In this document: positions 49,056 through 57,675 of the stretch, piece after piece
Layout: each line of letters starts with the position of its first letter
How positions within the stretch are numbered: the first letter of the stretch is position 1
NCBI GenBank assembly: GCA_018673485.1
Contig: JABHCP010000007.1
Coordinates: 9,890-73,889, forward strand
Reading direction: 5' to 3'
DNA length: 64,000 nt
Source of the DNA: Candidatus Uhrbacteria bacterium
Lineage (GTDB): Bacteria > Patescibacteriota > Patescibacteriia > UBA9934
Translations under genes and position numbers: made by a program
Notes under the pieces: model-generated
Databases searched by the model: none
What the model was told of the DNA's origin: nothing
The model's input: the letters and a program-made list of their open reading frames with translations, nothing else

Positions 49056-51047
49056 TTAAATAATCAATGCCACGATAAGCAGTGCAATGATGTTTACGAT
49101 CTTGATCATTGGGTTGATCGCAGGTCCGGCTGTGTCCTTGTAAGGATCTCCAACAGTATCTCCTGTGATTGATGCTTCGTGTGCTAGTGATTTCTTTCCA
49201 CCGTAGTTTCCAATCTCGATGTACTTCTTTGCATTGTCCCAAGCACCACCACCTGTGGTCATAGAGATTGCTAGGAAGAGTCCAGTTACGATTGATCCGA
49301 TTAGCAATCCACCGAGCGCCTCAGGCCCTAGGAATACACCAACGAGAATTGTAGCGACAATTGGAATAAGTGCCGGAACGATCATCTGACCAAGCGCCGC
49401 CTTTGTAACAATGTCAACGCAGGCGCCGTATTCTGGTTTTCCAGTTCCGTCCATGATTCCTTTAATCTCTTTAAACTGACGTCGAACTTCTTCAACGACT
49501 TTTGCTGCAGCGACTCCAACAGCCTCCATGGCAAACGCTGCAAACATATACGGAAGTAGCCCACCAATTAGTAGTCCAGCTATAACGTATGGATTTGAAA
49601 GTGAGAATGTAAATGCATGACCAGCAGCTAAGAGCTCTTCAGTGTAGGTTGCAAATAATACAGTTGCAGCGAGCCCTGCTGACGCGATTGCGTATCCTTT
49701 TGTAACTGCTTTTGTTGTATTTCCAACAGCGTCTAGTTTGTCTGTTGTTTCTCGCACTTCAGCTGAGAGTCCTGCCATTTCAGCAATTCCTCCAGCGTTA
49801 TCTGTAACTGGTCCGTAAGCGTCGAGTGTCACGATTAGTCCTGCAAGGGATAGCATAGACATAACAGCCATCGCTGCTCCGTAGATGTCAGCAAGCGCGT
49901 ATGAGGTCAAAAGCCCAGCAACGATTACGAGTACTGGCAATGCAGTAGATCGCATTGAAAGCGCCAATCCTGAGATTACGTTTGTTCCGTGTCCAGTCTG
50001 TGAGGCCTCGGCAACCTTACGTACAGGCTTGTAGTCAGTAGATGTGTAGTACTCAGTGATTACAACCATTAGTGCAGTCACAACTAGTCCAACTATTAAT
50101 GACCAGAAAATGCTATTTGCATCGATGCCTTCAACTCCACCTAACAACCAGTGTGTTAGTGGGTAGAAAGCTGCGGCAGATAGTAGTCCGCTAACAATTA
50201 GTCCTTTGTAAAGTGCAGTCATGATTCCCTGCTTTGATCCAAGTCGGATAAAGTAGATTCCGATAATTGTTGCAATAATTGCCACTGCTCCAACAGCGAG
50301 TGGGAATGTAATGATGGCCTCAACGTCTCCAAAGATTAGAAGACCAACAAGCATAGCTGCCATTGTTGAAACCACGTAGGTTTCATAGAGGTCAGCTGCC
50401 ATTCCAGCGCAATCTCCAACGTTGTCTCCAACATTGTCAGCAATCACTGCTGGGTTACGTGGATCATCTTCTGGAATTCCGGCTTCAACTTTCCCAACAA
50501 GGTCAGCTCCAACGTCGGCTGCCTTTGTAAAGATTCCACCACCTAGTCGTGCAAAGACGGAGATTAATGAACCTCCAAATCCAAGCCCGATTAGAGCATG
50601 TACGTCGTGTGTGAAGTAGTAAAAACCAGCTGATCCTAGGAGTCCAAGTGTTACCACGAAGAGTCCAGTAACAGCACCTGACTTAACTGCAACGTTAAGT
50701 GCTGGCGCGAGCCCATCTTTTGCTGCAACTGTTGTGCGTACGTTTGCGCGAACAGATACAAGCATTCCAATGTAGCCTGCGATTCCAGACAAGATTGCAC
50801 CGAGCGCGAATCCTGCTGCTGTGGTCCAGTTTAGGAAGAACCCGAGAAGTAGAAATACTACAACTCCGATAAGTCCAATCACGCGATACTGTCGCGCAAG
50901 GTAGGCGTTTGCTCCTTCTTGAATTGCAAGAGCAATACCTTTCATTTTTCCTTCACCTGAAGGAAGCTTCATGATCCATGAGATCAAAAAGACGGTATAA
51001 ATGATCGCTGCGATCGAGATCAACATCGCTATAAGCGTTATATCCAT
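49056..51047 (-). CDS. hppA: membrane-bound proton-translocating pyrophosphatase (K+-independent type)
   Basis: [35 protein letters not shown] and [10 protein letters not shown] motifs. Confidence 0.96.
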   Translation of the reverse strand: MDITLIAMLISIAAIIYTVFLISWIMKLPSGEGKMKGIALAIQEGANAYLARQYRVIGLIGVVVFLLLGFFLNWTTAAGFALGAILSGIAGYIGMLVSVRANVRTTVAAKDGLAPALNVAVKSGAVTGLFVVTLGLLGSAGFYYFTHDVHALIGLGFGGSLISVFARLGGGIFTKAADVGADLVGKVEAGIPEDDPRNPAVIADNVGDNVGDCAGMAADLYETYVVSTMAAMLVGLLIFGDVEAIITFPLAVGAVAIIATIIGIYFIRLGSKQGIMTALYKGLIVSGLLSAAAFYPLTHWLLGGVEGIDANSIFWSLIVGLVVTALMVVITEYYTSTDYKPVRKVAEASQTGHGTNVISGLALSMRSTALPVLVIVAGLLTSYALADIYGAAMAVMSMLSLAGLIVTLDAYGPVTDNAGGIAEMAGLSAEVRETTDKLDAVGNTTKAVTKGYAIASAGLAATVLFATYTEELLAAGHAFTFSLSNPYVIAGLLIGGLLPYMFAAFAMEAVGVAAAKVVEEVRRQFKEIKGIMDGTGKPEYGACVDIVTKAALGQMIVPALIPIVATILVGVFLGPEALGGLLIGSIVTGLFLAISMTTGGGAWDNAKKYIEIGNYGGKKSLAHEASITGDTVGDPYKDTAGPAINPMIKIVNIIALLIVALII

Positions 51048-51186
51048 AGAAAGATCTAGGTAATAAGTAATTTATAAGCGGTGTAATGATACGAATCGTG
51101 AGCGGTATTGTCAACGCATTGAGTTTATAAGCCCCACCACCTTGCCTATAGAAAGGTCACCAGTGTTAGTTAAAAAATAGCTGATT

Positions 51187-52611
51187 TTGATTGACTTTTG
51201 GGTCATCTTTTGCTATGGTTATCTATGTTCTAAACATTACCCCATTGGTATAAAAGAGCGATTTAAACAATTCATTGTCGCACATACGCTCAAGGCTGTT
51301 CGTATCCTTATTAGGATCAAGCCTGTTTTTTTGCGTGCACTCAATTCTATATCTGCACCACTAAAGGCTGTTGCGAAAGTTTTGGTATTTGTTCTTGTGC
51401 CAGTTTATCAATTGCTATTTTCAATTAAAAGACATTTGGTTGCGGTTTATAAGCCTGCAAAAAACAAGATGATGTTCTTGATAGCTAATCGGTATACGGT
51501 TCACGGTGTGATCATTGCTATGGTGCTTGTGGTGGGTGTATTGAATTTACAAACCAGTATAGTTCGCGCTGAGGGGTTTGGTGAACGTAGTCTGATGTAT
51601 GCGCTTGTTGCAGAAGATGCTGGGCGGATCGTTCAGGAGTATGCAAGCGATGACAGCGCGTTAAGTGTTTCGGCGGTTGAATATCGAGAACGTACCGGAG
51701 TATCCATGGCCCTTACTCAAATGAGCGCGGTTTTAGAAGAAGGCACAGTTGTACCTGAGGATGGATTATATGGTGGAGGCGCGCTTGTCGCAGCACCCCT
51801 ATCAGACACGCAAGAAGTATCTTTCGTCGCAACTGACAGGTCAGACATTGAGTCCTATGCAGTTGCAGGTGGTGACACTTTGTCATCAATTGCAAATAAA
51901 TATGATCTTTCAATTAATACTTTGCTTTGGGCAAACAATTTAAGTGTAACCTCGGTGCTGCAACCCGGAGACACACTCACAATCTTGCCACTCGACGGCG
52001 TAGTGCACACAGTTTCAAGCGGAGATACCATTGCGCAGATTTCATATGATTACGATATCGATCAGCAAACAATCCTTGATTATAACGGAATGAGTAGCGG
52101 TTCGGTTCTATCAATCGGTAATGAGCTTGTTGTGCCAGGTGGTGAAAAGCAAGCTTCAACTCGATCAACAAGCAGCGCTATAAGTTCATTGTTTACCGCG
52201 CCATCAACAGCCAGCGCGCCGACCACCATCTCTTCTGGTCAAGCGACTGGTTCTGGCTATCTTGTGTGGCCAACAGACTTGCGTGTTATCACACAATATT
52301 ACAACTGGCGTCACACCGGCCTTGATGTTGACTGTTATTATGATAACTATAACTACGCATCAGACGCTGGATACGTTACTTTCTCTGGATGGAATGGCGG
52401 CTACGGATATGTAATTGACGTTGATCATGGAAATGGAATTGTAACTCGTTACGCACATAACGCGGCATTATACGTGTCAGCTGGTCAGTACGTGTCAGCC
52501 GGAGAAGCAATTGGACTTTGTGGTACCACCGGATATTCAACAGGAACACATCTGCATTACGAGGTGATTGTAAACGGAGTAAAGAAAAACCCACTGGAAT
52601 ACATTCGATAA
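51187..52611 (+). CDS. LysM-domain M23 peptidase
   Basis: Two LysM repeats; HTGLD, YAH and STGTHLHYEV motifs; start codon uncertain. Confidence 0.92.
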   Translation: MIDFWVIFCYGYLCSKHYPIGIKERFKQFIVAHTLKAVRILIRIKPVFLRALNSISAPLKAVAKVLVFVLVPVYQLLFSIKRHLVAVYKPAKNKMMFLIANRYTVHGVIIAMVLVVGVLNLQTSIVRAEGFGERSLMYALVAEDAGRIVQEYASDDSALSVSAVEYRERTGVSMALTQMSAVLEEGTVVPEDGLYGGGALVAAPLSDTQEVSFVATDRSDIESYAVAGGDTLSSIANKYDLSINTLLWANNLSVTSVLQPGDTLTILPLDGVVHTVSSGDTIAQISYDYDIDQQTILDYNGMSSGSVLSIGNELVVPGGEKQASTRSTSSAISSLFTAPSTASAPTTISSGQATGSGYLVWPTDLRVITQYYNWRHTGLDVDCYYDNYNYASDAGYVTFSGWNGGYGYVIDVDHGNGIVTRYAHNAALYVSAGQYVSAGEAIGLCGTTGYSTGTHLHYEVIVNGVKKNPLEYIR

Positions 52612-52672
52612 TAAATTTTAAAAACACCTTGCTTCACGCAGGGTGTTTTTTTACTTGGTAAAAATGATTGTT

Positions 52673-52710
52673 ATTTTCATGATAGGTTCGATCGAACCTA
52701 TCATGAAAAT
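52673..52710. repeat. perfect 38-bp palindrome centred on CGATCG
   Basis: attttcatgataggttcga|tcgaacctatcatgaaaat, abutting the stop codon of the PaaX-like gene. Confidence 0.95.
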
Positions 52711-53252
52711 TATATTTCTGAAGCATGGAATATTTTCACCCAATCCGAGTTTTTAAATTTTATGCTAAAAAGCCTAGAAAGGTCGTCGCTTACATTCTTT
52801 TTGGTAGTCCAAACACTTCGGTGCATTTGCTTGAATCCGATTCGTTTTAATAGGTGTCTAATTTGTCTTCGAATTAGCTTTTGACTTTCAGGTATATCAA
52901 AAGATACAACACACAATTGGTTTGAGGGCAGATAGTTGGCGTTCATACTTTTTAATCTAAGGTATTCTTCAATCCCTTTTTCTGTAAGCGATATATAGTA
53001 TTGATCAGCGATTTTGTTTTCTAAAATAAATTTCTTTTGACGCAATTTTTTCAGTGTTTGTTTTCGGCTCCATTTTTCTTTGTTGTGCAAATACTTTCTT
53101 GCTCCGTTTATCCCAAACCTAACCACAAGACCTGGCCTAGCTAGGCCGAAGTGGAGATCGGATATTGAATTACCAATTTCAACAAGAAGATTTGATGTTC
53201 TAGAGTTAGTTATTAGTGGATATTTGTTTTCACGATGTGTTCGATCGGACAT
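52710..53252 (-). CDS. PaaX-like protein (wHTH remnant plus Cas2-like ferredoxin-fold C-terminus)
   Basis: YISLTEKG and VVSFDIPE..K..R..IR..LK.IGF..MHRSVW motifs. Confidence 0.82.
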   Translation of the reverse strand: MSDRTHRENKYPLITNSRTSNLLVEIGNSISDLHFGLARPGLVVRFGINGARKYLHNKEKWSRKQTLKKLRQKKFILENKIADQYYISLTEKGIEEYLRLKSMNANYLPSNQLCVVSFDIPESQKLIRRQIRHLLKRIGFKQMHRSVWTTKKNVSDDLSRLFSIKFKNSDWVKIFHASEI

Positions 53253-53276
53253 ATCTTGATTATTATTTATTGCGAG

Positions 53277-54794
53277 CTAGAACCTTGTACATCGATATCT
53301 TAGCGCCTCGGCGAGGTGGTTGATTTCTATATTTTCAGATGCGCATAGGTCTGCGATTGTTCTGGCAACTTTTAGTGTGCGTGTATAAGCGCGAGCTGAT
53401 AGTTGATACTGATCGATCGCTTTTTTTAAAATCACAATACTAGAATCATCAAGTTTGCAGAATTTCCCTAAAAGCCTGGTCGTTAGTTGATCATTAGTTG
53501 CGATAGGTAACTTTTTGTATCTAGACAGTTGTATTTGTCGGGCCTTGGTTATTCTTTTTTTGATGTTTTTTGAGGATTCGCTGACTTGGTTTGATGTTAG
53601 TTTGTCGAATTCAACTCTAGGCACATTAATTGTAATATCAATCCGGTCCAATATCGGACCTGATAGTTTTCTTTTGTATTTTTGGATTTGTCCTGGGGTG
53701 CATTCGCATGGTCTCTTTGGGTCGTGCAGAAAACCACACGAGCAAGGGTTCATCGCCGCAACTAGCATGAAGTTTGAGGGAAAGGTGATTGTTCCAGATG
53801 CGCGTGCGATAGTGACACACTTGTCTTCGAGTGGTTGCCGTAGATTCTCGATTGTCTTGCGAGTAAATTCAGCAAACTCATCCATAAATAGTATTCCATT
53901 GTGCGCGAGTGAGACTTCACCCGGCCTGGGCCACGTTCCCCCACCGATTAGTGCAGTGCTCGAACTTGTGTGATGTGGATGTCTAAAAGGCCTCTCGGTT
54001 AGTAGATAGGTTTCATCAAGAAGTCCAGAGATAGAATATATCTTTGTAGTTTCAAGTGATTCATCAAATTGCAAAGATGGTAGTATCGATGGAATTGCTC
54101 TGGCCAGCATGGTTTTTCCAGATCCTGGTGGCCCAACCATTAGCATATTGTGATTTCCAGCAGCGGCGATTTCCAGGGCGCGTTTAACATGATCCTGCCC
54201 CCGAACGTCTGAAAAGTCGATTAGGTTTTTAGGAGTTGGTTTTTTGGAGGGCTTGTGAGCGTGACAGTCGAGCTCTGAGTTCTCTCGTAGCTTGCTGACA
54301 AGCTCCTGGAGCGTGTTTGCGGTGCATGTACTAACATCCTTCACGATTGATGCTTCATGGGCGTTGTCGGGTGCTACTACCACGCGATCAAGTTTTCGAT
54401 CTTTGCACATTGTGGCAGCCAAGAGCGCACCTTGCACTGGTCTGATCTCGCCGTCGAGCGATAGCTCTCCTAAGAAGACTGATGTTTTTGTTATGTTCGT
54501 CTGTGATATCGCGCCAGAGGCGATTAATATGCTCAAAGCAATGGGTAGGTCATACATTGGTCCTTGTTTTTTGAGGTTTGCCGGTGCGAGGTTGACTGTG
54601 ACTCGCGTTCTAGGAAAGGTTAGCCCACTATTTTTAATAGCAGCGCGAATACGTTCGCGCGATTCGGAAATTGCCGCATCTGGCAATCCTACTATGGTAA
54701 ACCTTGGTAAGCCTGAAGAAATGTCAGCCTCCACTCGCACTGGGACGCTTTTGAGCCCAACGTGGGCTGAAGAATAAATAAAAGAAGATCCCAT
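53277..54794 (-). CDS. comM: YifB/ComM Mg-chelatase-like AAA+ ATPase
   Basis: VGLPDAAISESRER, NLAPA, GPPGSGKTM, PGEVSLAH and LSGPILDRID motifs. Confidence 0.95.
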   Translation of the reverse strand: MGSSFIYSSAHVGLKSVPVRVEADISSGLPRFTIVGLPDAAISESRERIRAAIKNSGLTFPRTRVTVNLAPANLKKQGPMYDLPIALSILIASGAISQTNITKTSVFLGELSLDGEIRPVQGALLAATMCKDRKLDRVVVAPDNAHEASIVKDVSTCTANTLQELVSKLRENSELDCHAHKPSKKPTPKNLIDFSDVRGQDHVKRALEIAAAGNHNMLMVGPPGSGKTMLARAIPSILPSLQFDESLETTKIYSISGLLDETYLLTERPFRHPHHTSSSTALIGGGTWPRPGEVSLAHNGILFMDEFAEFTRKTIENLRQPLEDKCVTIARASGTITFPSNFMLVAAMNPCSCGFLHDPKRPCECTPGQIQKYKRKLSGPILDRIDITINVPRVEFDKLTSNQVSESSKNIKKRITKARQIQLSRYKKLPIATNDQLTTRLLGKFCKLDDSSIVILKKAIDQYQLSARAYTRTLKVARTIADLCASENIEINHLAEALRYRCTRF

Positions 54795-54836
54795 ACACCA
54801 AAAGTGTTGGGAATGTTGAATTAGTAGCGCCTACTA

Positions 54837-55286
54837 TTAACGCTTCTTCATGTCCGTACTAAAACTATACCACAGGGTGATGAAAACTCCAGAGACGATG
54901 AGGATATCTGCTAGGTTGATTGCGGAAAGATTGAAAAATATTAGATAATCCGTCGTAAATCCATTTATGATTCTGTCGATAAAATTGTTGAGAGCGCCCG
55001 CAAGGATGAGTATCGTGGGTGCTGCGTATACTGATGTCTCCTTATAGAACTTGATCGCTAGGTAGAAGATTGAAACGATAATGATTCCTGAGACGACCAA
55101 CGTTGCCCATATAGGAATCGGTATGCTAAATGCGATACCGTAGTTTCTGTGCGTGAAAAGGCAGAAGATTGAATCCAAACAACCTTCCTGGAAAAAAGAA
55201 GGCTGTTTTATTGCTACATATTTGAATGCCCCGTCGATTATAGTTATCGCGATGGCGATGGATAGGGCGAGCGCGTTACGTTTCAT
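54837..55286 (-). CDS. lspA: lipoprotein signal peptidase II
   Basis: N.GIAFS, GALNNFIDR, DYL and NLAD motifs. Confidence 0.88.
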   Translation of the reverse strand: MKRNALALSIAIAITIIDGAFKYVAIKQPSFFQEGCLDSIFCLFTHRNYGIAFSIPIPIWATLVVSGIIIVSIFYLAIKFYKETSVYAAPTILILAGALNNFIDRIINGFTTDYLIFFNLSAINLADILIVSGVFITLWYSFSTDMKKR

Positions 55287-55660
55287 TACAATTCTTGCGT
55301 TAGAGTCTTTTTACATGCAACACATGATGTCGATGTTGGTCGAGCGCGCAATCTATCTTCTGTAATATCAGTTTCGCAGTATTTACACACTCCGTATGCT
55401 GATTTTTCGATTCGATCTATTGCGTTTTTAATATCTCTGACTTCTTTTTCCAATTTGTCCTCTAGTGCCAGGTTGTTGCTATAAGTTGCTACTTCTCCAG
55501 CATTTTCATCCTCGTCATCACCATACTCTGGAAATTTGGATACAAAATCAGCACGCGTTGCCTTTGGGTCTTGTTTGGCAAAGCCAGATAGGTCTTTGAT
55601 TATTTGTGATAGTTCTTTTTCGAGACGTTCTTTCATCTCAAGAACAAATTGTTCATTCAT
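55286..55660 (-). CDS. TraR/DksA C4-type zinc finger protein
   Basis: YGVCKYC..I..DRL.ARP....CVAC motif. Confidence 0.92.
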   Translation of the reverse strand: MNEQFVLEMKERLEKELSQIIKDLSGFAKQDPKATRADFVSKFPEYGDDEDENAGEVATYSNNLALEDKLEKEVRDIKNAIDRIEKSAYGVCKYCETDITEDRLRARPTSTSCVACKKTLTQEL

Positions 55661-55741
55661 ACGTAACTGATTATCTCATTATTTATCAAAATTATCCAGC
55701 AACTTCATGAAAAGTGTCTTTCGATCATAAAATAAAAATGA

Positions 55742-56089
55742 GAAAAAGAAAAGAGCGCGTGCTCTACGGACTGTATTTATATAAATATTCCGGAGCTCGC
55801 GCCCACGAATGGGTGTAGGGACACCGTTGTGGGCGTGGGGTTCTGCTCAGATTAGTACATCTGTTCAAAACTCCACGTCCATCGGCGTCTAGACCTATAT
55901 ATCCCATTAAAGGACAACTGCCCTGCCATGTACTGGCTGGACCGGTAAGACGGTTTTGCCACGTTCGATCCGCTTGTTCCCCAAGAATGCAAGCGAACTA
56001 ACACCGCAGCGCAGTAGGGCTGTTCCCCGAAAGTGGGTTCGGGAAACTTCCCCTGACGTCGTCAGGTGTTGTAGAAAGAGCTATGTTCT
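55742..56089 (-). ncRNA. candidate ~345-nt structured RNA or leader of unknown family
   Basis: Promoter TTGACA-17-TACAAT (56096-56124), multiple stems, terminal gcgcgagctc..gagcacgcgc hairpin plus U tract, no credible ORF. Confidence 0.6.
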
Positions 56090-56161
56090 ATATATATTGT
56101 ATTCAGTTGAACACATATTGTCAAACGTGCAATACCCTGTGTTAACAGGGTATTCTTGCTA

Positions 56162-56234
56162 TGTGGATAAAATATTTACACATTACTTATGCATGCCTGT
56201 GGATAAGTTGGGGTTTATCACAGGTTTATCCACA
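56162..56234. promoter_or_regulatory. cluster of three perfect DnaA boxes
   Basis: TGTGGATAA at 56162, TGTGGATAA at 56198, TTATCCACA at 56226. Confidence 0.8.
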
Positions 56235-56243
56235 GGCTGTGTA

Positions 56244-57443
56244 TTACCAGCAAAGATAGATGGAACGGTTGTTTATAGCGATTGTATCGAGCTTACTGAG
56301 TACCGATGAACCTAAAGTGTTGTCAGTTACGCTCTCAATTATTACGAAGGTATGTGCATTTGGCTTGCACTGACTAGTTACCTGAATATTATCCAAGCTT
56401 GGCGAAGTATTGTGGTTTGTTGTAAGTAAATATGAGGGAGTTTGTGTCATGTGCAACTCTGTATCGCCTGAGGAAAGGTGAAGAAAGTGAGTGTCTTGTT
56501 CTGTGGCTATAGATATCTCGGGCTCATATACTGATCTGATCTCAGAGACGGTTGATTTATCATCTAATGTCAACGCTATGGTAGACAAACTGGATATTGA
56601 GTTGAGATTTCTTGCAATCTCAGCAAGTACATCGATCTCAAAGTTTTCTTCTATTAACAATGAATAGAATATATTTTTATCAGTATCCTGCGTTACCACA
56701 AGCTTCCAAGGACTCGATAGACTGTTGATTATTTCACTCATCGGCTCTGATAGATAGCTCGACAATGTATTTGTCGTTTCTTGTTCTTTCTCTGTTGATG
56801 TGATTTGAGCAATAACGTCAGTTTGTTCTGGAATCTGCAATTCAGTTTTTATTTGCGCCTTTGCTCCAAGTCCGTGCAATGTTAGCCCTTTACTATGAAC
56901 TGATAGCCAGCCATTTTGATCAATAGATCGAATTTTACCGTCAAAGAATGGATTTAAGGCATGAAAGGTGAGTCGCGTGTTTGGATTCTGGTTGTTCTCG
57001 ATCGTATCTGTACTAATTAGCGTTCTACCATTGATTTCGATCGAACTCAGCCCTATCTGATCGAATTGAGCCAGTTTATGCTCGCCAAGCTCGTTATCAA
57101 TAGATATTTCGCTTATTTGACCCAGATTATTGAAATGCAGAGCGAATTCCCTGTTTGATAGTTCAATTGCGTCATCTAATGTCAAAGGCCCCAAAATTGC
57201 TGCAGCTCCAAGGTTTTGACTTAGCAATTCAGTGCTTCCAACGTTTTTAAACACCTGAATCGAAATATTGGTCTCATCGGAATGAAAATTACTTACCGTA
57301 TCGCGCGTAATCCAAAGTCGAAACACCACGAGCGCCAATAAAACAACACACCCAGCATAGATGTACGTTTTAACATTCGACCGCAGATGCCTTTTAGGCA
57401 CCTGAGCGTGCATTGAAATATTCAAGTCCTGCATGCTTAGCAT
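56244..57443 (-). CDS. hypothetical membrane-anchored protein
   Basis: 399-aa ORF with one N-terminal TM. Confidence 0.75.
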   Translation of the reverse strand: MLSMQDLNISMHAQVPKRHLRSNVKTYIYAGCVVLLALVVFRLWITRDTVSNFHSDETNISIQVFKNVGSTELLSQNLGAAAILGPLTLDDAIELSNREFALHFNNLGQISEISIDNELGEHKLAQFDQIGLSSIEINGRTLISTDTIENNQNPNTRLTFHALNPFFDGKIRSIDQNGWLSVHSKGLTLHGLGAKAQIKTELQIPEQTDVIAQITSTEKEQETTNTLSSYLSEPMSEIINSLSSPWKLVVTQDTDKNIFYSLLIEENFEIDVLAEIARNLNSISSLSTIALTLDDKSTVSEIRSVYEPEISIATEQDTHFLHLSSGDTELHMTQTPSYLLTTNHNTSPSLDNIQVTSQCKPNAHTFVIIESVTDNTLGSSVLSKLDTIAINNRSIYLCW

Positions 57444-57502
57444 TCTATCGCAGTTAAGAGATCTTAAAAAGCGAAAGAGCTTCTATATCGTATTTCGTTT
57501 GT

Positions 57503-57615
57503 TGTCCGATCGGACATCAAGTGAACTCACACATAGTCGCTTTTGAGTTGATTCTAAAGACCATATTTATGAACGCCAATGTTCGCGTTAGGTTCGATCG
57601 AACCTAACGCGAACA
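57503..57615. mobile_element. 113-bp MITE-like element, copy 2
   Basis: tgtccgatcggaca ... gcttttgagttgattctaaagac ... perfect 36-bp palindrome 57580-57615. Confidence 0.6.
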
Positions 57616-57675
57616 GAAGATGCTCGCATTGGAATTTAAAAGAACCGCATTTACGCGGTTCTTTTTTGCTATCCA

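Noticed and set aside
52710-53252. CRISPR-Cas locus suggested by the Cas2-like motif
   Set aside because: No repeat-spacer array and no cas1 or effector genes in the window; the architecture fits PaaX-like proteins
55742-56089. tmRNA or RNase P RNA
   Set aside because: Lacks the acceptor stem and TTCGA T-arm, lacks an Ala-Ala-ending tag frame, and P4 pairing could not be formed
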